Below, piece after piece: positions 15,256 through 24,963 of a stretch of 64,000 bases of DNA. Where the stretch lies: the NCBI RefSeq assembly GCF_002281535.1, contig NZ_NCGD01000006.1. One strand, written 5' to 3'. Positions within the stretch are counted from its first letter, which is position 1. Each line of letters starts with the position of its first letter. Source of the stretch: Sphingomonas sp. 28-63-12 (GTDB lineage Bacteria > Pseudomonadota > Alphaproteobacteria > Sphingomonadales > Sphingomonadaceae). A program made the translations under genes and the position numbers. The notes beneath the pieces were generated by a model. That model saw only the letters and a program-made list of their open reading frames with translations. It did not search any database and had not been told where the DNA came from.

Positions 15256-17238
15256 GTGTCCGCCACAAAAATCCTCTGGGGGCAAGTCCTTGCAGTCGCC
15301 CTGATCGTGCTCGCGGGCGTATGGGGCGCGACCCAGTGGACAGCGCACGCGCTGGGCTTTCAGTCCCAGCTCGGACCGCCTTGGTTCGTGGTCGCCGGCT
15401 ACCCGCTCTATCCGCCACCAGCCTTCTTCTGGTGGTGGTTCTCCTATGACGCCTACGCGCCCCATATCTTCCTGACCGGCAGCTACATCGCGGCGTCTAC
15501 CGGGTTCGTGGCAATCATCGTCGCCATCGCCATGTCGGTTTGGCGCGCGCGCGAAGTGAAGAACGCGCAGACCTATGGGTCGGCGCGCTGGGCGACTGTC
15601 CGCGAAGCTAGATCCGCAGGCCTGCTCGGCGACGACGGTGTTATCCTGGGCAAACTCGGGGTTAGCTATTTGCGCCACAACGGGCCCGAGCATGTGCTGT
15701 GCTTCGCGCCGACCCGAAGCGGCAAGGGCGTCGGTTTGGTCGTGCCCTCGCTGCTGACCTGGCCGGGCAGCTGCATCGTCCATGACATCAAGGGCGAGAA
15801 TTGGGGGCTGACGGCGGGCTTCCGTTCGCGCATCGGCCGCGTGCTGCTGTTCGACCCGACCAATGCGGCGTCGGCCGCCTACAATCCGCTGCTCGAAGTG
15901 CGCCGCGGCGAATGGGAAGTGCGCGACGTCCAGAACGTCGCCGATGTGCTGGTCGACCCGGAAGGCTCGCTCGAGAAGCGCAATCACTGGGAGAAAACCA
16001 GCCACGCCTTGCTGGTCGGCGCGATACTCCACGTCCTCTATGCCGAAGCCGACAAGACGCTCGCCGGCGTCGCCGCCTTCCTGTCGGATCCGCGCCGGTC
16101 GATCGAGGCGACGCTCGCGGCGATGATGTCGACCCCGCATCTGGGCGAGGCCGGCGTCCATCCCGTCGTCGCCTCGGCCGCGCGCGAGCTGCTCAACAAA
16201 TCGGAGAATGAGCGATCGGGCGTGCTCTCGACCGCCATGTCGTTTCTGGGTCTCTACCGCGATCCCGTCGTCGCCAAGGTCACCCGGCGCTGCGACTGGC
16301 GGATCGCCGATTTGGTCGATGGGGAGCAGCCGGTCACGCTCTACCTCGTGGTGCCGCCGTCGGACATCAGCCGCACCAAGCCGCTGATCCGGCTGGTGCT
16401 CAATCAGGTCGGGCGTCGCCTGACCGAGGAGCTGACGCCGAAGGCCAAGCGCCACCGCGTGCTGCTGATGCTCGATGAATTCCCCGCGCTCGGGCGGCTC
16501 GACTTCTTCGAATCCGCGCTCGCCTTCATGGCCGGATACGGGCTGAAGGCCTTCCTCATCGCCCAGAGCCTCAATCAGATCGAGAAGGCTTATGGGCCGA
16601 ACAACGCCATCCTCGACAATTGCCATGTGCGGGTGAGCTTCGCCACCAACGACGAACGCACCGCCAAGCGTGTGTCAGACGCCCTCGGCACCGCCACCGA
16701 GATGCGGGCGATGAAGAACTATGCCGGCCACCGGCTCTCGCCATGGCTGGGACATCTGATGGTCTCGCGATCGGAGACAGCGCGCCAGCTCCTGACGCCT
16801 GGCGAGGTGATGCAGCTGCCGCCGACCGACGAGATCGTCATGGTCTCCGGCGTGCAGCCGATCCGCGGGACCAAGGCCCGCTATTATGAGGATCCGCGGC
16901 TGAAAGCGCGGATCGCGAAACCGCCCAAGTCGATCGCCGCGCTGACCGCGCCGCCCGATGACTGGAGCAGGCTCGCACCGATCACGGCGGCCGCGGCCGC
17001 GCCGGCCGCCAGGACGGACGATGACCTTGCCAATGGCGGCATCCGCCGCGAACCCGAGCTCCAGCGCCACGAGGATGTTGCACCGAAGCCGGCGCGCCCG
17101 CAGCGCGAATTCAGCTTCGGCGACGGCGACGGCGGCGACGCGGATGCCGATTCCGCGCGCAATCGCCGACTCAACGATCAGATGCGCGGCGCGGCGCAGC
17201 GCGCCTCGCTCGACCCAGGCGACGGCATCCTGCTGTGA
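15256..17238 (+). CDS. traG: Type IV coupling protein TraG/VirD4
   Basis: 660 aa; N-terminal TM segments; Walker A APTRSGKGVGLVVP; MLDEFPALG Walker B; AGGAG SD before the GTG start. Confidence 0.9.
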   Translation: MSATKILWGQVLAVALIVLAGVWGATQWTAHALGFQSQLGPPWFVVAGYPLYPPPAFFWWWFSYDAYAPHIFLTGSYIAASTGFVAIIVAIAMSVWRAREVKNAQTYGSARWATVREARSAGLLGDDGVILGKLGVSYLRHNGPEHVLCFAPTRSGKGVGLVVPSLLTWPGSCIVHDIKGENWGLTAGFRSRIGRVLLFDPTNAASAAYNPLLEVRRGEWEVRDVQNVADVLVDPEGSLEKRNHWEKTSHALLVGAILHVLYAEADKTLAGVAAFLSDPRRSIEATLAAMMSTPHLGEAGVHPVVASAARELLNKSENERSGVLSTAMSFLGLYRDPVVAKVTRRCDWRIADLVDGEQPVTLYLVVPPSDISRTKPLIRLVLNQVGRRLTEELTPKAKRHRVLLMLDEFPALGRLDFFESALAFMAGYGLKAFLIAQSLNQIEKAYGPNNAILDNCHVRVSFATNDERTAKRVSDALGTATEMRAMKNYAGHRLSPWLGHLMVSRSETARQLLTPGEVMQLPPTDEIVMVSGVQPIRGTKARYYEDPRLKARIAKPPKSIAALTAPPDDWSRLAPITAAAAAPAARTDDDLANGGIRREPELQRHEDVAPKPARPQREFSFGDGDGGDADADSARNRRLNDQMRGAAQRASLDPGDGILL

Positions 17239-17666
17239 CCGCCAAACGTATCAAGCACACCTTCCGGCTGCCGCCGGCGCTGTCCTCGCAACTTGCCGAC
17301 TATGCGACGCGCAAGCGGATCAGCCAGGCGCTCGTGGTGGAGACGGCGATCACGTCGTTCCTGTCGCCCGATGGCTCCGAGCGGCTCGAAGCCGCTTTGA
17401 CCCGCCGCCTGGATCGGCTGTCCCGCCAAGCCGATCGCCTCGCCTGGAATGTCGATCTGAGCAACGAGGCGCTCGCCCTCTTCATCCGCTTCTGGCTGAC
17501 CAACAATGCGCCCTTGCCCGACACGGCGCTGGCGGCCGCCCAGGCTATGGGCCGCGAGCGCTACGAAGGTTTCGTCGAGGCGCTGAGCCGCCGCATGGAA
17601 CTCGGACCGCGATTGGGCGCCGAATTGTCGGCTGACGTCGGTGCGCAGGAAAATCCCGACGAGTGA
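17235..17666 (+). CDS. CopG/ribbon-helix-helix family protein
   Basis: GTGA overlap with the traG stop. KHTFRLPPALSSQLADYATRKRISQALVVETAI is an RHH motif. Confidence 0.7.
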   Translation: MTAKRIKHTFRLPPALSSQLADYATRKRISQALVVETAITSFLSPDGSERLEAALTRRLDRLSRQADRLAWNVDLSNEALALFIRFWLTNNAPLPDTALAAAQAMGRERYEGFVEALSRRMELGPRLGAELSADVGAQENPDE

Positions 17667-17782
17667 GTCCGCGAAAGCACGGCTCGCGATGCTCCGTCCG
17701 CGCTGATCGGCCGACGCCCGACGCGATTGCGCTGGTCCCCAAAACCGCCGTCGCTTTGTCTTTCTGCGCCACACTACGCTGC

Positions 17783-17810
17783 TCGCAAACAGTTGTTGCG
17801 ATTGGCCAAT
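17783..17810. promoter_or_regulatory. Palindromes upstream of trbB (TCGCAA-N7-TTGCGA; ATTGGCCAAT); candidate operator
   Basis: A 10-bp perfect palindrome lies at 17801-17810, directly abutting a 6-bp inverted repeat, about 70 nt upstream of trbB. Confidence 0.3.
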
Positions 17811-17879
17811 CCAGGGTCTTGTTAGGCGTCCGCAAGCGCCGGCGCTGCAGTAGCACCGGCCCCACCAAGGGAAGCGGGC

Positions 17880-18848
17880 GTGAGTGTCCATCCGATGCGA
17901 TCTGAAGCCAGCGCCCGCGGCGCCCGCATGCTGCGGACCGCGCTGGGCCCGGCGATCGCCGGCTGGCTGGAGGATCCCGCAGTCGTCGAGGTGATGCTGA
18001 ACCCCGACGGCCGGCTATGGATCGACCGGCTCGGGTCCGGGCTTGCCGACACCGGCCAGACCCTGTCCGCCTCCGACGGCGAACGCATCATCCGCCTGGT
18101 CGCGCACCATATCGGCGCCGAGGTCCACGCCGACCGGCCCCGCGTCTCGGCCGAACTGCCCGAGACCGGAGAACGGTTCGAAGGCCTGATCCCGCCGGTG
18201 GCGATCGCGCCGACCTTCGCGATCCGCAAGCCCGCGGTCGCTGTGTTCACGCTCGACGACTATGTCGCCGCGGGCATCATGTCGGCCGGCCAAGCCGACA
18301 GCCTTCGCGGAGCGGTCGCCGATCGCAAGAACATCCTGGTCGCCGGCGGCACCTCGACCGGCAAGACCACGCTGACCAACGCGCTGCTCGCCGAGGTCGC
18401 CAAGACCAATGATCGGGTCGTCCTGATCGAGGATACGCGTGAGCTGCAATGCGCCGCGCCCAACCTCGTGGCGCTACGCACCAAGGATGGCGTCGCGTCG
18501 CTGTCGGACCTGGTCCGCTCGGCGCTGCGGCTGCGTCCCGACCGCATTCCGATCGGTGAGGTGCGGGGCGCCGAAGCGCTCGACCTGCTCAAGGCCTGGG
18601 GCACTGGCCATCCGGGCGGGATCGGCACGATCCACGCCGGATCGGCGCTCGGCGCACTGCGCCGCATGGAGCAGCTGATCCAGGAAGCGGTGGTCACGGT
18701 CCCTCGCGCGCTGCTCGCCGAGACGATCGACGTGATCGCGGTGCTGGCCGGACGCGGGTCGGAACGCCGGCTCGCTGAACTCGCCCGCGTCGAAGGGCTC
18801 GACCCGCATGGCGACTTTTCCCTTAGCCCGCATGGAGACCAGCAATGA
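17880..18848 (+). CDS. trbB: P-type conjugative transfer ATPase TrbB (VirB11-like)
   Basis: Walker [22 protein letters not shown] and the His-box GHPG. The start could instead be ATG 17895. Confidence 0.9.
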   Translation: MSVHPMRSEASARGARMLRTALGPAIAGWLEDPAVVEVMLNPDGRLWIDRLGSGLADTGQTLSASDGERIIRLVAHHIGAEVHADRPRVSAELPETGERFEGLIPPVAIAPTFAIRKPAVAVFTLDDYVAAGIMSAGQADSLRGAVADRKNILVAGGTSTGKTTLTNALLAEVAKTNDRVVLIEDTRELQCAAPNLVALRTKDGVASLSDLVRSALRLRPDRIPIGEVRGAEALDLLKAWGTGHPGGIGTIHAGSALGALRRMEQLIQEAVVTVPRALLAETIDVIAVLAGRGSERRLAELARVEGLDPHGDFSLSPHGDQQ

Positions 18849-19201
18849 CACACAGCGCCTCGCTGCGCCGTCGCCTGTTCGGCGGCTCGATGATCGATCG
18901 ACTTGCCGCGATCGGCACGACTGCAACGCTTTCGCTGACCCTCAGTCGGCCGGCCTACGCCGCCGGTTCGTCGATGCCGTGGGAAGCCCCGCTGCAGTCG
19001 ATCCTCGAATCGATCGAAGGCCCCGTCGCCAAGATCCTCGCGGTGATCGTCATCATCGTCACCGGCTTGACGCTGGCGTTCGGCGACACGTCGGGCGGCT
19101 TCCGCCGTCTGATCCAGATCGTGTTCGGCCTGTCGATCGCGTTCGCGGCCAGCTCCTTCTTCCTCAGCTTCTTCAGCTTCGGCGGCGGAGCCTTGGTCTG
19201 A
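18845..19201 (+). CDS. trbC: TrbC/VirB2-type pilin
   Basis: ATGA overlap with the upstream stop; signal peptide followed by two hydrophobic helices. Confidence 0.8.
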   Translation: MTHSASLRRRLFGGSMIDRLAAIGTTATLSLTLSRPAYAAGSSMPWEAPLQSILESIEGPVAKILAVIVIIVTGLTLAFGDTSGGFRRLIQIVFGLSIAFAASSFFLSFFSFGGGALV

Positions 19202-19470
19202 TGGAGTCGGGCGAGCCCATCCCCGGCTACATGGCGCCGGTCCATCGCGCGCTGACCGAGCCGATCCTGCTCGGCGGTGCGCCGCGCACGGTCGCCATCG
19301 CCAATGGCACCCTCGCCGGTGCTGTCGGGCTCGGCCTGCGCCTGTGGATCGCAGGCCTGGCGATCTGGGCGATCGGCCATTTCTTCGCCGTCTGGGCGGC
19401 CCGGCGCGACGCCCAGTTCGTCGACGTCGCCCGGCGCCACCTGCGCTACCCCAACTGGATGCGGGTCTGA
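19201..19470 (+). CDS. trbD: TrbD (VirB3-like)
   Basis: 89 aa; the RALTEPILLGGAPR motif; one-base overlap with the trbC stop. Confidence 0.8.
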   Translation: MESGEPIPGYMAPVHRALTEPILLGGAPRTVAIANGTLAGAVGLGLRLWIAGLAIWAIGHFFAVWAARRDAQFVDVARRHLRYPNWMRV

Positions 19471-19475
19471 CCGTC

Positions 19476-21911
19476 ATGATGTCCCTGCGCGAATATCGCA
19501 GCAACGCCGCCTCGCTCCCCGACTTCCTGCCGTGGGCGGCGCTGCTCGCCGAGGGCGTCGTCCTCAACAAAGACGGCTCGTTCCAGCGCACCGCCCGCTT
19601 CCGGGGGCCTGACCTCGATTCCGCCACGCCCGCCGAGCTGGTCGCCACGACCGCGCGGCTCAACGGCGCGCTTCGGCGCCTCGGCTCGGGCTGGGCGATC
19701 TTCGTCGAAGCCCAGCGCGTGCCGGCGCTCGCTTACCCGGACAGCGTCTTTCCCGACCCGGTTTCGGCCCTGGTCGACCGCGAGCGGCGCGAGCAGTTCA
19801 AGGAGGAAGGCGCGCATTTCGAGAGCGGCTATTATCTGACCCTTTTGTGGATGCCTCCGGCGGAGGACGCGGCACGGGCCGAGGGCTGGCTCTATGAGGG
19901 TCGCGCCCGGACCGGCGTCGATGCCTGGGAGCAAGTCAAGAGCTTCACCGATCGGTCAGACCGCCTCGTGCAGTTGCTCGAAGGCTTCGTGCCGGAGATC
20001 GCCTGGCTCGGCGACGGCGAGACGCTGACCTACCTGCATTCAACGGTCTCGACCAAGCGCCAGCGCGTGCGGGTGCCCGAGACGCCGATGCACCTCGACG
20101 CGCTGCTGGCGGACGAGCCGCTCGCCGGCGGCCTCGAGCCGCGCCTCGGCGCATCCTATTTGCGCACGCTCACCATCGTCGGCTTTCCGACCGCGACGTT
20201 CCCCGGTCTGCTCGACGAGCTTAACCGGCTGGCCTTTCCCTATCGCTGGGCGACGCGGGCGGTGATGCTCGACAAGACCGACGCGACCAAGCTGCTCGGC
20301 CGCATCCGGCGGCAATGGTTCGCCAAGCGAAAGTCGATCGCCGCCATCCTCAAGGAGGTGATGACCAACGAGGCGTCGGTACTCGTCGACAACGACGCGG
20401 CCAACAAGGCCGCCGACGCCGACCTGGCGCTGCAGGAGCTGGGCTCCGACATGATCGGCCAGGCCTATGTCACCGCTACGGTCACGGTCTGGGACCGCGA
20501 GCCGAACATCGCCGCCGAGAAGCTGCGGCTGGTCGAGAAGATCATCCAGGGCCGCGACTTCACCGTCATCGCCGAGGGCATGAACGCCGTCGAGGCCTGG
20601 CTCGGATCGCTGCCGGGACATGTCTACGCGAATGTCCGCCAACCCCCTGTCTCCACCCTCAATCTCGCCCACATGATCCCGCTTTCAGCGGTGTGGGCGG
20701 GGCCGGAACGGGACGAACATTTCGGTGCGCCCCCCTTGCTGTACGGCAAGACCGAAGGCTCGACCCCGTTCCGGTTCTCTCTCCACGTCGGCGACGTCGG
20801 CCACACTTTGGTGGTCGGACCGACCGGCGCCGGCAAGTCGGTGCTGCTCGCACTGATGGCGCTGCAGTTCCGCCGCTACGAGGGCGCGCAGGTCTTCGCC
20901 TTCGATTTCGGGGGTTCGATCCGCGCAGCGGCCATCGCTTGCGGCGGCGACTGGCAGGATCTGGGCGGAAGCCTCGACGAAAGCGTCGGCGAGGGTGTCC
21001 AGCTCCAACCGCTGGCACGCATCGACGATGCCGCCGAGCGCGCTTGGGCCGCTGAATGGCTCGCGGCGATCCTTGCCGGTGAGGGGCTTCCTGTCGATCC
21101 GGCGGCGAAGGAGCATCTGTGGTCGGCGCTGACCTCGCTTGCGTCCGCGCCGATTGCGGAACGCACGCTTACGGGGCTTGCCGTGCTCCTGCAGTCGCAG
21201 GCCTTGAAACAGGCCTTGCAGCCCTATTGCGTCGGCGGGCCCTGGGGCCGTTTGCTCGACGCCGAGGCCGAGCGGCTCGGCGACGCTGACTTTCAGGCGT
21301 TCGAGACCGAAGGCCTGGTCGGGGCCGGCTCGGCGGCCGCGGTGCTCTCTTACCTCTTTCACCGGATCGAAGGCCGGCTCGACGGGTCGCCGACTCTGAT
21401 CATCATCGACGAAGGCTGGCTCGTCCTCGACAGCCCGGCCTTTGCCGCGCAGCTGCGCGAGTGGCTCAAGACCCTGCGCAAGAAGAACGCCAGCGTCGTC
21501 TTCGCCACCCAGAGCCTGGCGGATATCGAGACCAGCTCGATCGCGCCGGCCATCATCGAAAGCTGCCCGACCCGCATCTTCCTGCCGAACGAGCGCGCCT
21601 TCGAGCCGCAGATCGCGGCCATCTACCGGCGCTTTGGACTGAACGATCGCCAGATCGAGATCCTCAGCCGCTCGGCACCGAAGCGCGACTATTATTGCCA
21701 GTCCCGCCGCGGCAACCGGCTGTTCGAGCTGGGCCTGGGCGAAGTGGCGCTCGCCTTCGTCGCGGCATCCTCGAAATCCGATCAGATCCGCATCGGCGAG
21801 CTTGTCGATGAACATGGCCGTGACGCGTTCGCGGCCGCCTGGCTGCGCGCGCGCGGAGCCGGCTGGGCGGCCGACATCCTTCCTTCCGCGCACGAGGAGT
21901 CTATTCCATGA
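19476..21911 (+). CDS. trbE: TrbE (VirB4 ATPase)
   Basis: From ATG 19476; Walker A GPTGAGKS; IIDEGW Walker B. Confidence 0.9.
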   Translation: MMSLREYRSNAASLPDFLPWAALLAEGVVLNKDGSFQRTARFRGPDLDSATPAELVATTARLNGALRRLGSGWAIFVEAQRVPALAYPDSVFPDPVSALVDRERREQFKEEGAHFESGYYLTLLWMPPAEDAARAEGWLYEGRARTGVDAWEQVKSFTDRSDRLVQLLEGFVPEIAWLGDGETLTYLHSTVSTKRQRVRVPETPMHLDALLADEPLAGGLEPRLGASYLRTLTIVGFPTATFPGLLDELNRLAFPYRWATRAVMLDKTDATKLLGRIRRQWFAKRKSIAAILKEVMTNEASVLVDNDAANKAADADLALQELGSDMIGQAYVTATVTVWDREPNIAAEKLRLVEKIIQGRDFTVIAEGMNAVEAWLGSLPGHVYANVRQPPVSTLNLAHMIPLSAVWAGPERDEHFGAPPLLYGKTEGSTPFRFSLHVGDVGHTLVVGPTGAGKSVLLALMALQFRRYEGAQVFAFDFGGSIRAAAIACGGDWQDLGGSLDESVGEGVQLQPLARIDDAAERAWAAEWLAAILAGEGLPVDPAAKEHLWSALTSLASAPIAERTLTGLAVLLQSQALKQALQPYCVGGPWGRLLDAEAERLGDADFQAFETEGLVGAGSAAAVLSYLFHRIEGRLDGSPTLIIIDEGWLVLDSPAFAAQLREWLKTLRKKNASVVFATQSLADIETSSIAPAIIESCPTRIFLPNERAFEPQIAAIYRRFGLNDRQIEILSRSAPKRDYYCQSRRGNRLFELGLGEVALAFVAASSKSDQIRIGELVDEHGRDAFAAAWLRARGAGWAADILPSAHEESIP

Positions 21912-22657
21912 AGCTCTTGTCCCTTCGCCGCACGCTGCTCGCCGCGAGCGCCATCCTCTCGCTTTCGGTCGCTGCCGTGCCGGCACACGCCCAGTTCGGC
22001 GGCATCGTCTACGACCCGACGAACTACGCGCAGAACGTACTGACTGCCGCCCGCGCGCTGCAGCAGATCAACAATCAGATCCAGCAGATCCAGAACCAGG
22101 CCACATCGCTCATCAACCAGGCGAAGAATCTCGCCAACCTGCCGTTCAGCTCGCTGGCGCAGCTGCAGTCGCAGGTGCAGCGCACCCAGCAGCTGCTCGG
22201 CCAGGCGCAGCGGATCGCCTACGACGTCCAGTCGATCGATCAGGCGTTCAGCCTCAAATATAAGGGCGCGAGCATGTCGGCGTCCGACCAGTCGCTGGTC
22301 AGCGACGCCAAGGACCGCTGGCAGACTTCGGTGGCATCGTTCGAGGACGCGCTCAAGGTCCAGGCGGGCGTCGTCGGCAATATCGACGGCGCCCGCACGA
22401 CGATGAATCAGCTGGTCACGTCGAGTCAGTCGGCGACCGGAGCGCTGCAGGCCGCCCAGGCCGGCAATCAACTGCTCGCCCTTCAATCCCAGCAGCTTTC
22501 GGACCTGACCGCGCTCCTCGCCGCCCAAGGCCGGGCGCAGGCGCTCGACATGGCGCAGAAAGCGGCGGCTCAGGCTCAGGCTCAGGAGCAGATGCGCCGC
22601 TTCCTCAACCAGCCGAACGGCTACACGCCGACCACCGTGACGATGTTCCACAATTAG
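21908..22657 (+). CDS. trbJ: TrbJ (VirB5-like)
   Basis: ATGA overlap with the upstream stop; signal peptide; Gln-rich coiled coil (IVYDPTNYAQNVL). Confidence 0.85.
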   Translation: MKLLSLRRTLLAASAILSLSVAAVPAHAQFGGIVYDPTNYAQNVLTAARALQQINNQIQQIQNQATSLINQAKNLANLPFSSLAQLQSQVQRTQQLLGQAQRIAYDVQSIDQAFSLKYKGASMSASDQSLVSDAKDRWQTSVASFEDALKVQAGVVGNIDGARTTMNQLVTSSQSATGALQAAQAGNQLLALQSQQLSDLTALLAAQGRAQALDMAQKAAAQAQAQEQMRRFLNQPNGYTPTTVTMFHN

Positions 22658-22667
22658 GGGCATCGCG

Positions 22668-22973
22668 ATGGACACCAAGCTCCTCGCTCGGATCGGCGCC
22701 ATCATCTTCGTGGCGATCGCGATCACCATGACGGCGATCGAGATGAGCCGGCCCAAGACCGATGGCCGGAACGCGGTGCCGACGGCGCCGATCGCGGAGG
22801 CTCCGGCCGATCCCCTGATCGCCGAGATGCGGCGATGCCAGGGGATCGGCGAGGCGGGCGCGTCCGATCCGGCGTGCCTGCGCGCCTGGGCCGAGAATCG
22901 GCGGCGCTTCCTCGCGCCCGGCGCGCGACCCGAGGCGAGCCTGGCCGCCGACACAGCAACCAAGGAGCCCTGA
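22668..22973 (+). CDS. Putative entry-exclusion protein TrbK-alt
   Basis: Small protein with one TM segment at the trbJ-trbL position, carrying the C..ACLRAWAENRRRFL motif. Confidence 0.6.
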   Translation: MDTKLLARIGAIIFVAIAITMTAIEMSRPKTDGRNAVPTAPIAEAPADPLIAEMRRCQGIGEAGASDPACLRAWAENRRRFLAPGARPEASLAADTATKEP

Positions 22974-22976
22974 GCC

Positions 22977-24275
22977 ATGGGCGGCGGCACCGGCGTCATC
23001 GATCGCTTCCTCGAGGTCTTCACCCGCTACATCGACACGGGCTTTGGCCTGCTCGGCGGCGAAGTGGGATTCGTCGCGACCACGCTGATCGTCATCGACG
23101 TGACGCTTGCGGCCCTGTTCTGGAGCTGGGGCGCCGAAGACGACATCCTTGCGCGCTTCATCAAGAAGATCCTGTTCGTCGGGATCTTCGCCTACATCAT
23201 CGGCAACTGGAACAACCTCGCCCGGATTGTCTTCGAAAGCTTCGCAGGGCTCGGCCTGAAGGCCTCCGCGAGCGGCATGACGACCGCCCAGCTGCTCCAG
23301 CCCGGCCGCGTCGCGCAAGTCGGCCTCGACGCCGGCAAGCCGATCCTCGACTCGATCTCCGGCCTGATGGGGTTCGTCTCGTTCTTCGAGAACTTCATCC
23401 AGATCGCCGTGCTGCTATTCGCCTGGGTGATCGTGCTGCTCGCCTTCTTCGTCCTCGCGGTGCAGCTGTTCATCACCCTCATCGAATTCAAGCTCGCCAC
23501 GCTCTGCGGCTTCGTCCTCATCCCGTTCGGCCTGTTCGGCAAGACCAGCTTCATGGCCGAGCGCGTGCTCGGCCATGTCATCTCGTCCGGCGTGAAGGTG
23601 CTGGTGCTGGCCGTGATCATCGGCATCGGCTCGACCCTGTTCGACGAATTCCGCGCCGGCTTCGGCGGCGCGCAGCCGACGATCGAGGACGCGATGACGA
23701 TCGTGCTCGCCTCGATCTGCCTGCTTGGCCTCGGCATCTTCGGTCCCGGCATCGCCACCGGCATCGTCTCTGGCGGCCCGCAGCTCGGCGCTGGCGCCGC
23801 GGCCGGAACCGTGCTCGCCGCAGGCGGTGTCGCGGCCGCCGGCGCAGCCGGGGCCGGCATGGCGGCGGGCGCGGCCGGCGCCGCCATCGGCGGCGCGGCG
23901 GCGCTCGGCGCCCGCACGGCGGGAGGTGCTGCCGCCTCCTATGCCCTGGGTTCGGCCGGCCGCAGCGGTGCATCCGGCGTCGCCTCGGGACTTGGCGCGG
24001 TCGTGCAGAATGCCGGCAGCGCCGCCATGTCGCCGCTGCGCCGCTCCGCGGAGGCGATGCGCGCGAACTACCGTGAGGGCGGCCGGGCCGCGATGGGACT
24101 GTCCGCCAGCCCGGCGGGCACTCCCGGTGACGCCACAGCCGGGCCTCCCGCCTGGGCGCGCGCGATGCGCCACCGCCAAACCATGACCCATGGCACGACG
24201 ATCGCCGCCCACACGCTGCGCGGCGGCGATGGCGGCGGGTCGGGCGCGGCGGTCGATGTCAGCAGCAAGGATTGA
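22977..24275 (+). CDS. trbL: TrbL (VirB6-like)
   Basis: Polytopic membrane protein with a Gly/Ala-rich C-terminal tail. Confidence 0.85.
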   Translation: MGGGTGVIDRFLEVFTRYIDTGFGLLGGEVGFVATTLIVIDVTLAALFWSWGAEDDILARFIKKILFVGIFAYIIGNWNNLARIVFESFAGLGLKASASGMTTAQLLQPGRVAQVGLDAGKPILDSISGLMGFVSFFENFIQIAVLLFAWVIVLLAFFVLAVQLFITLIEFKLATLCGFVLIPFGLFGKTSFMAERVLGHVISSGVKVLVLAVIIGIGSTLFDEFRAGFGGAQPTIEDAMTIVLASICLLGLGIFGPGIATGIVSGGPQLGAGAAAGTVLAAGGVAAAGAAGAGMAAGAAGAAIGGAAALGARTAGGAAASYALGSAGRSGASGVASGLGAVVQNAGSAAMSPLRRSAEAMRANYREGGRAAMGLSASPAGTPGDATAGPPAWARAMRHRQTMTHGTTIAAHTLRGGDGGGSGAAVDVSSKD

Positions 24276-24279
24276 TGCG

Positions 24280-24963
24280 ATGTTCCGACGCCCAACCACC
24301 CGCTATGGCAAGACGCCCGACGCTGAGACGCCCTACCAACGCGCCGCCCAAGTCTGGGACGATCGGATCGGATCGGCCCGCGTCCAGGCGCGCAACTGGC
24401 GGCTCGCTTTCTTCGGAACGCTCGCAATGTGCGGTGGCCTGGCGGGCGGCCTCATCTGGCAGGCGACTAATGGCAGCATCGTGCCGTGGGTGGTCGAGGT
24501 CGACAAACTGGGCGAGGCGCGCGCGGTCGAGCCCGCCACCGCCGATTATCGGCCGACCGATCCCCAGATCGCCTTCCACCTGGCGCGCTTCATCGAGGAC
24601 GTGCGCTCGGTCGCGGCCGACCCGATCGTGGTGCGGCAGAACTGGCTGCGCGCCTACGATTTCACCACAGACAAGGGCGCGCTCGCGCTGAACGACTATG
24701 CCCGCGCCAACGACCCGTTCGCCACCATCGGCAAAATCCAGGTCGCGGTTGACGTCTCCAGCGTGATCCGCGCGTCGCCGTCGAGCTTCCGCGTCGCCTG
24801 GGTCGAGCGGCATTATCAAGACGGCAGCCTCGCCTCGACCGAGCGCTGGTCGGCGATCCTGACGGTAGTGATCCAGCCACCGCACAGCCCCGATGCGCTC
24901 CGCAAGAACCCGCTCGGGCTGTTCGTCAACGCCATCAACTGGTCGAAGGAGTTGTCCCAATGA
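24280..24963 (+). CDS. trbF: TrbF (VirB8-like)
   Basis: From ATG 24280: MFRRPTTRYGKTP..YQRAAQVWDDRIGSA; one TM segment. Confidence 0.85.
   Translation: MFRRPTTRYGKTPDAETPYQRAAQVWDDRIGSARVQARNWRLAFFGTLAMCGGLAGGLIWQATNGSIVPWVVEVDKLGEARAVEPATADYRPTDPQIAFHLARFIEDVRSVAADPIVVRQNWLRAYDFTTDKGALALNDYARANDPFATIGKIQVAVDVSSVIRASPSSFRVAWVERHYQDGSLASTERWSAILTVVIQPPHSPDALRKNPLGLFVNAINWSKELSQ

Noticed and set aside
15130-16626. 498-aa minus-strand ORF. Similar long antisense or alternate-frame ORFs occur at 18260..19663, 20685..21986, 21782..23023, 22835..24076, 51101..52597, 52389..53627, 54792..56288, 56322..57488 and 49537..50418
   Set aside because: Each overlaps a gene with clear family motifs on the other strand or frame and shows Arg/Gly/Ala/Pro-rich shadow composition.
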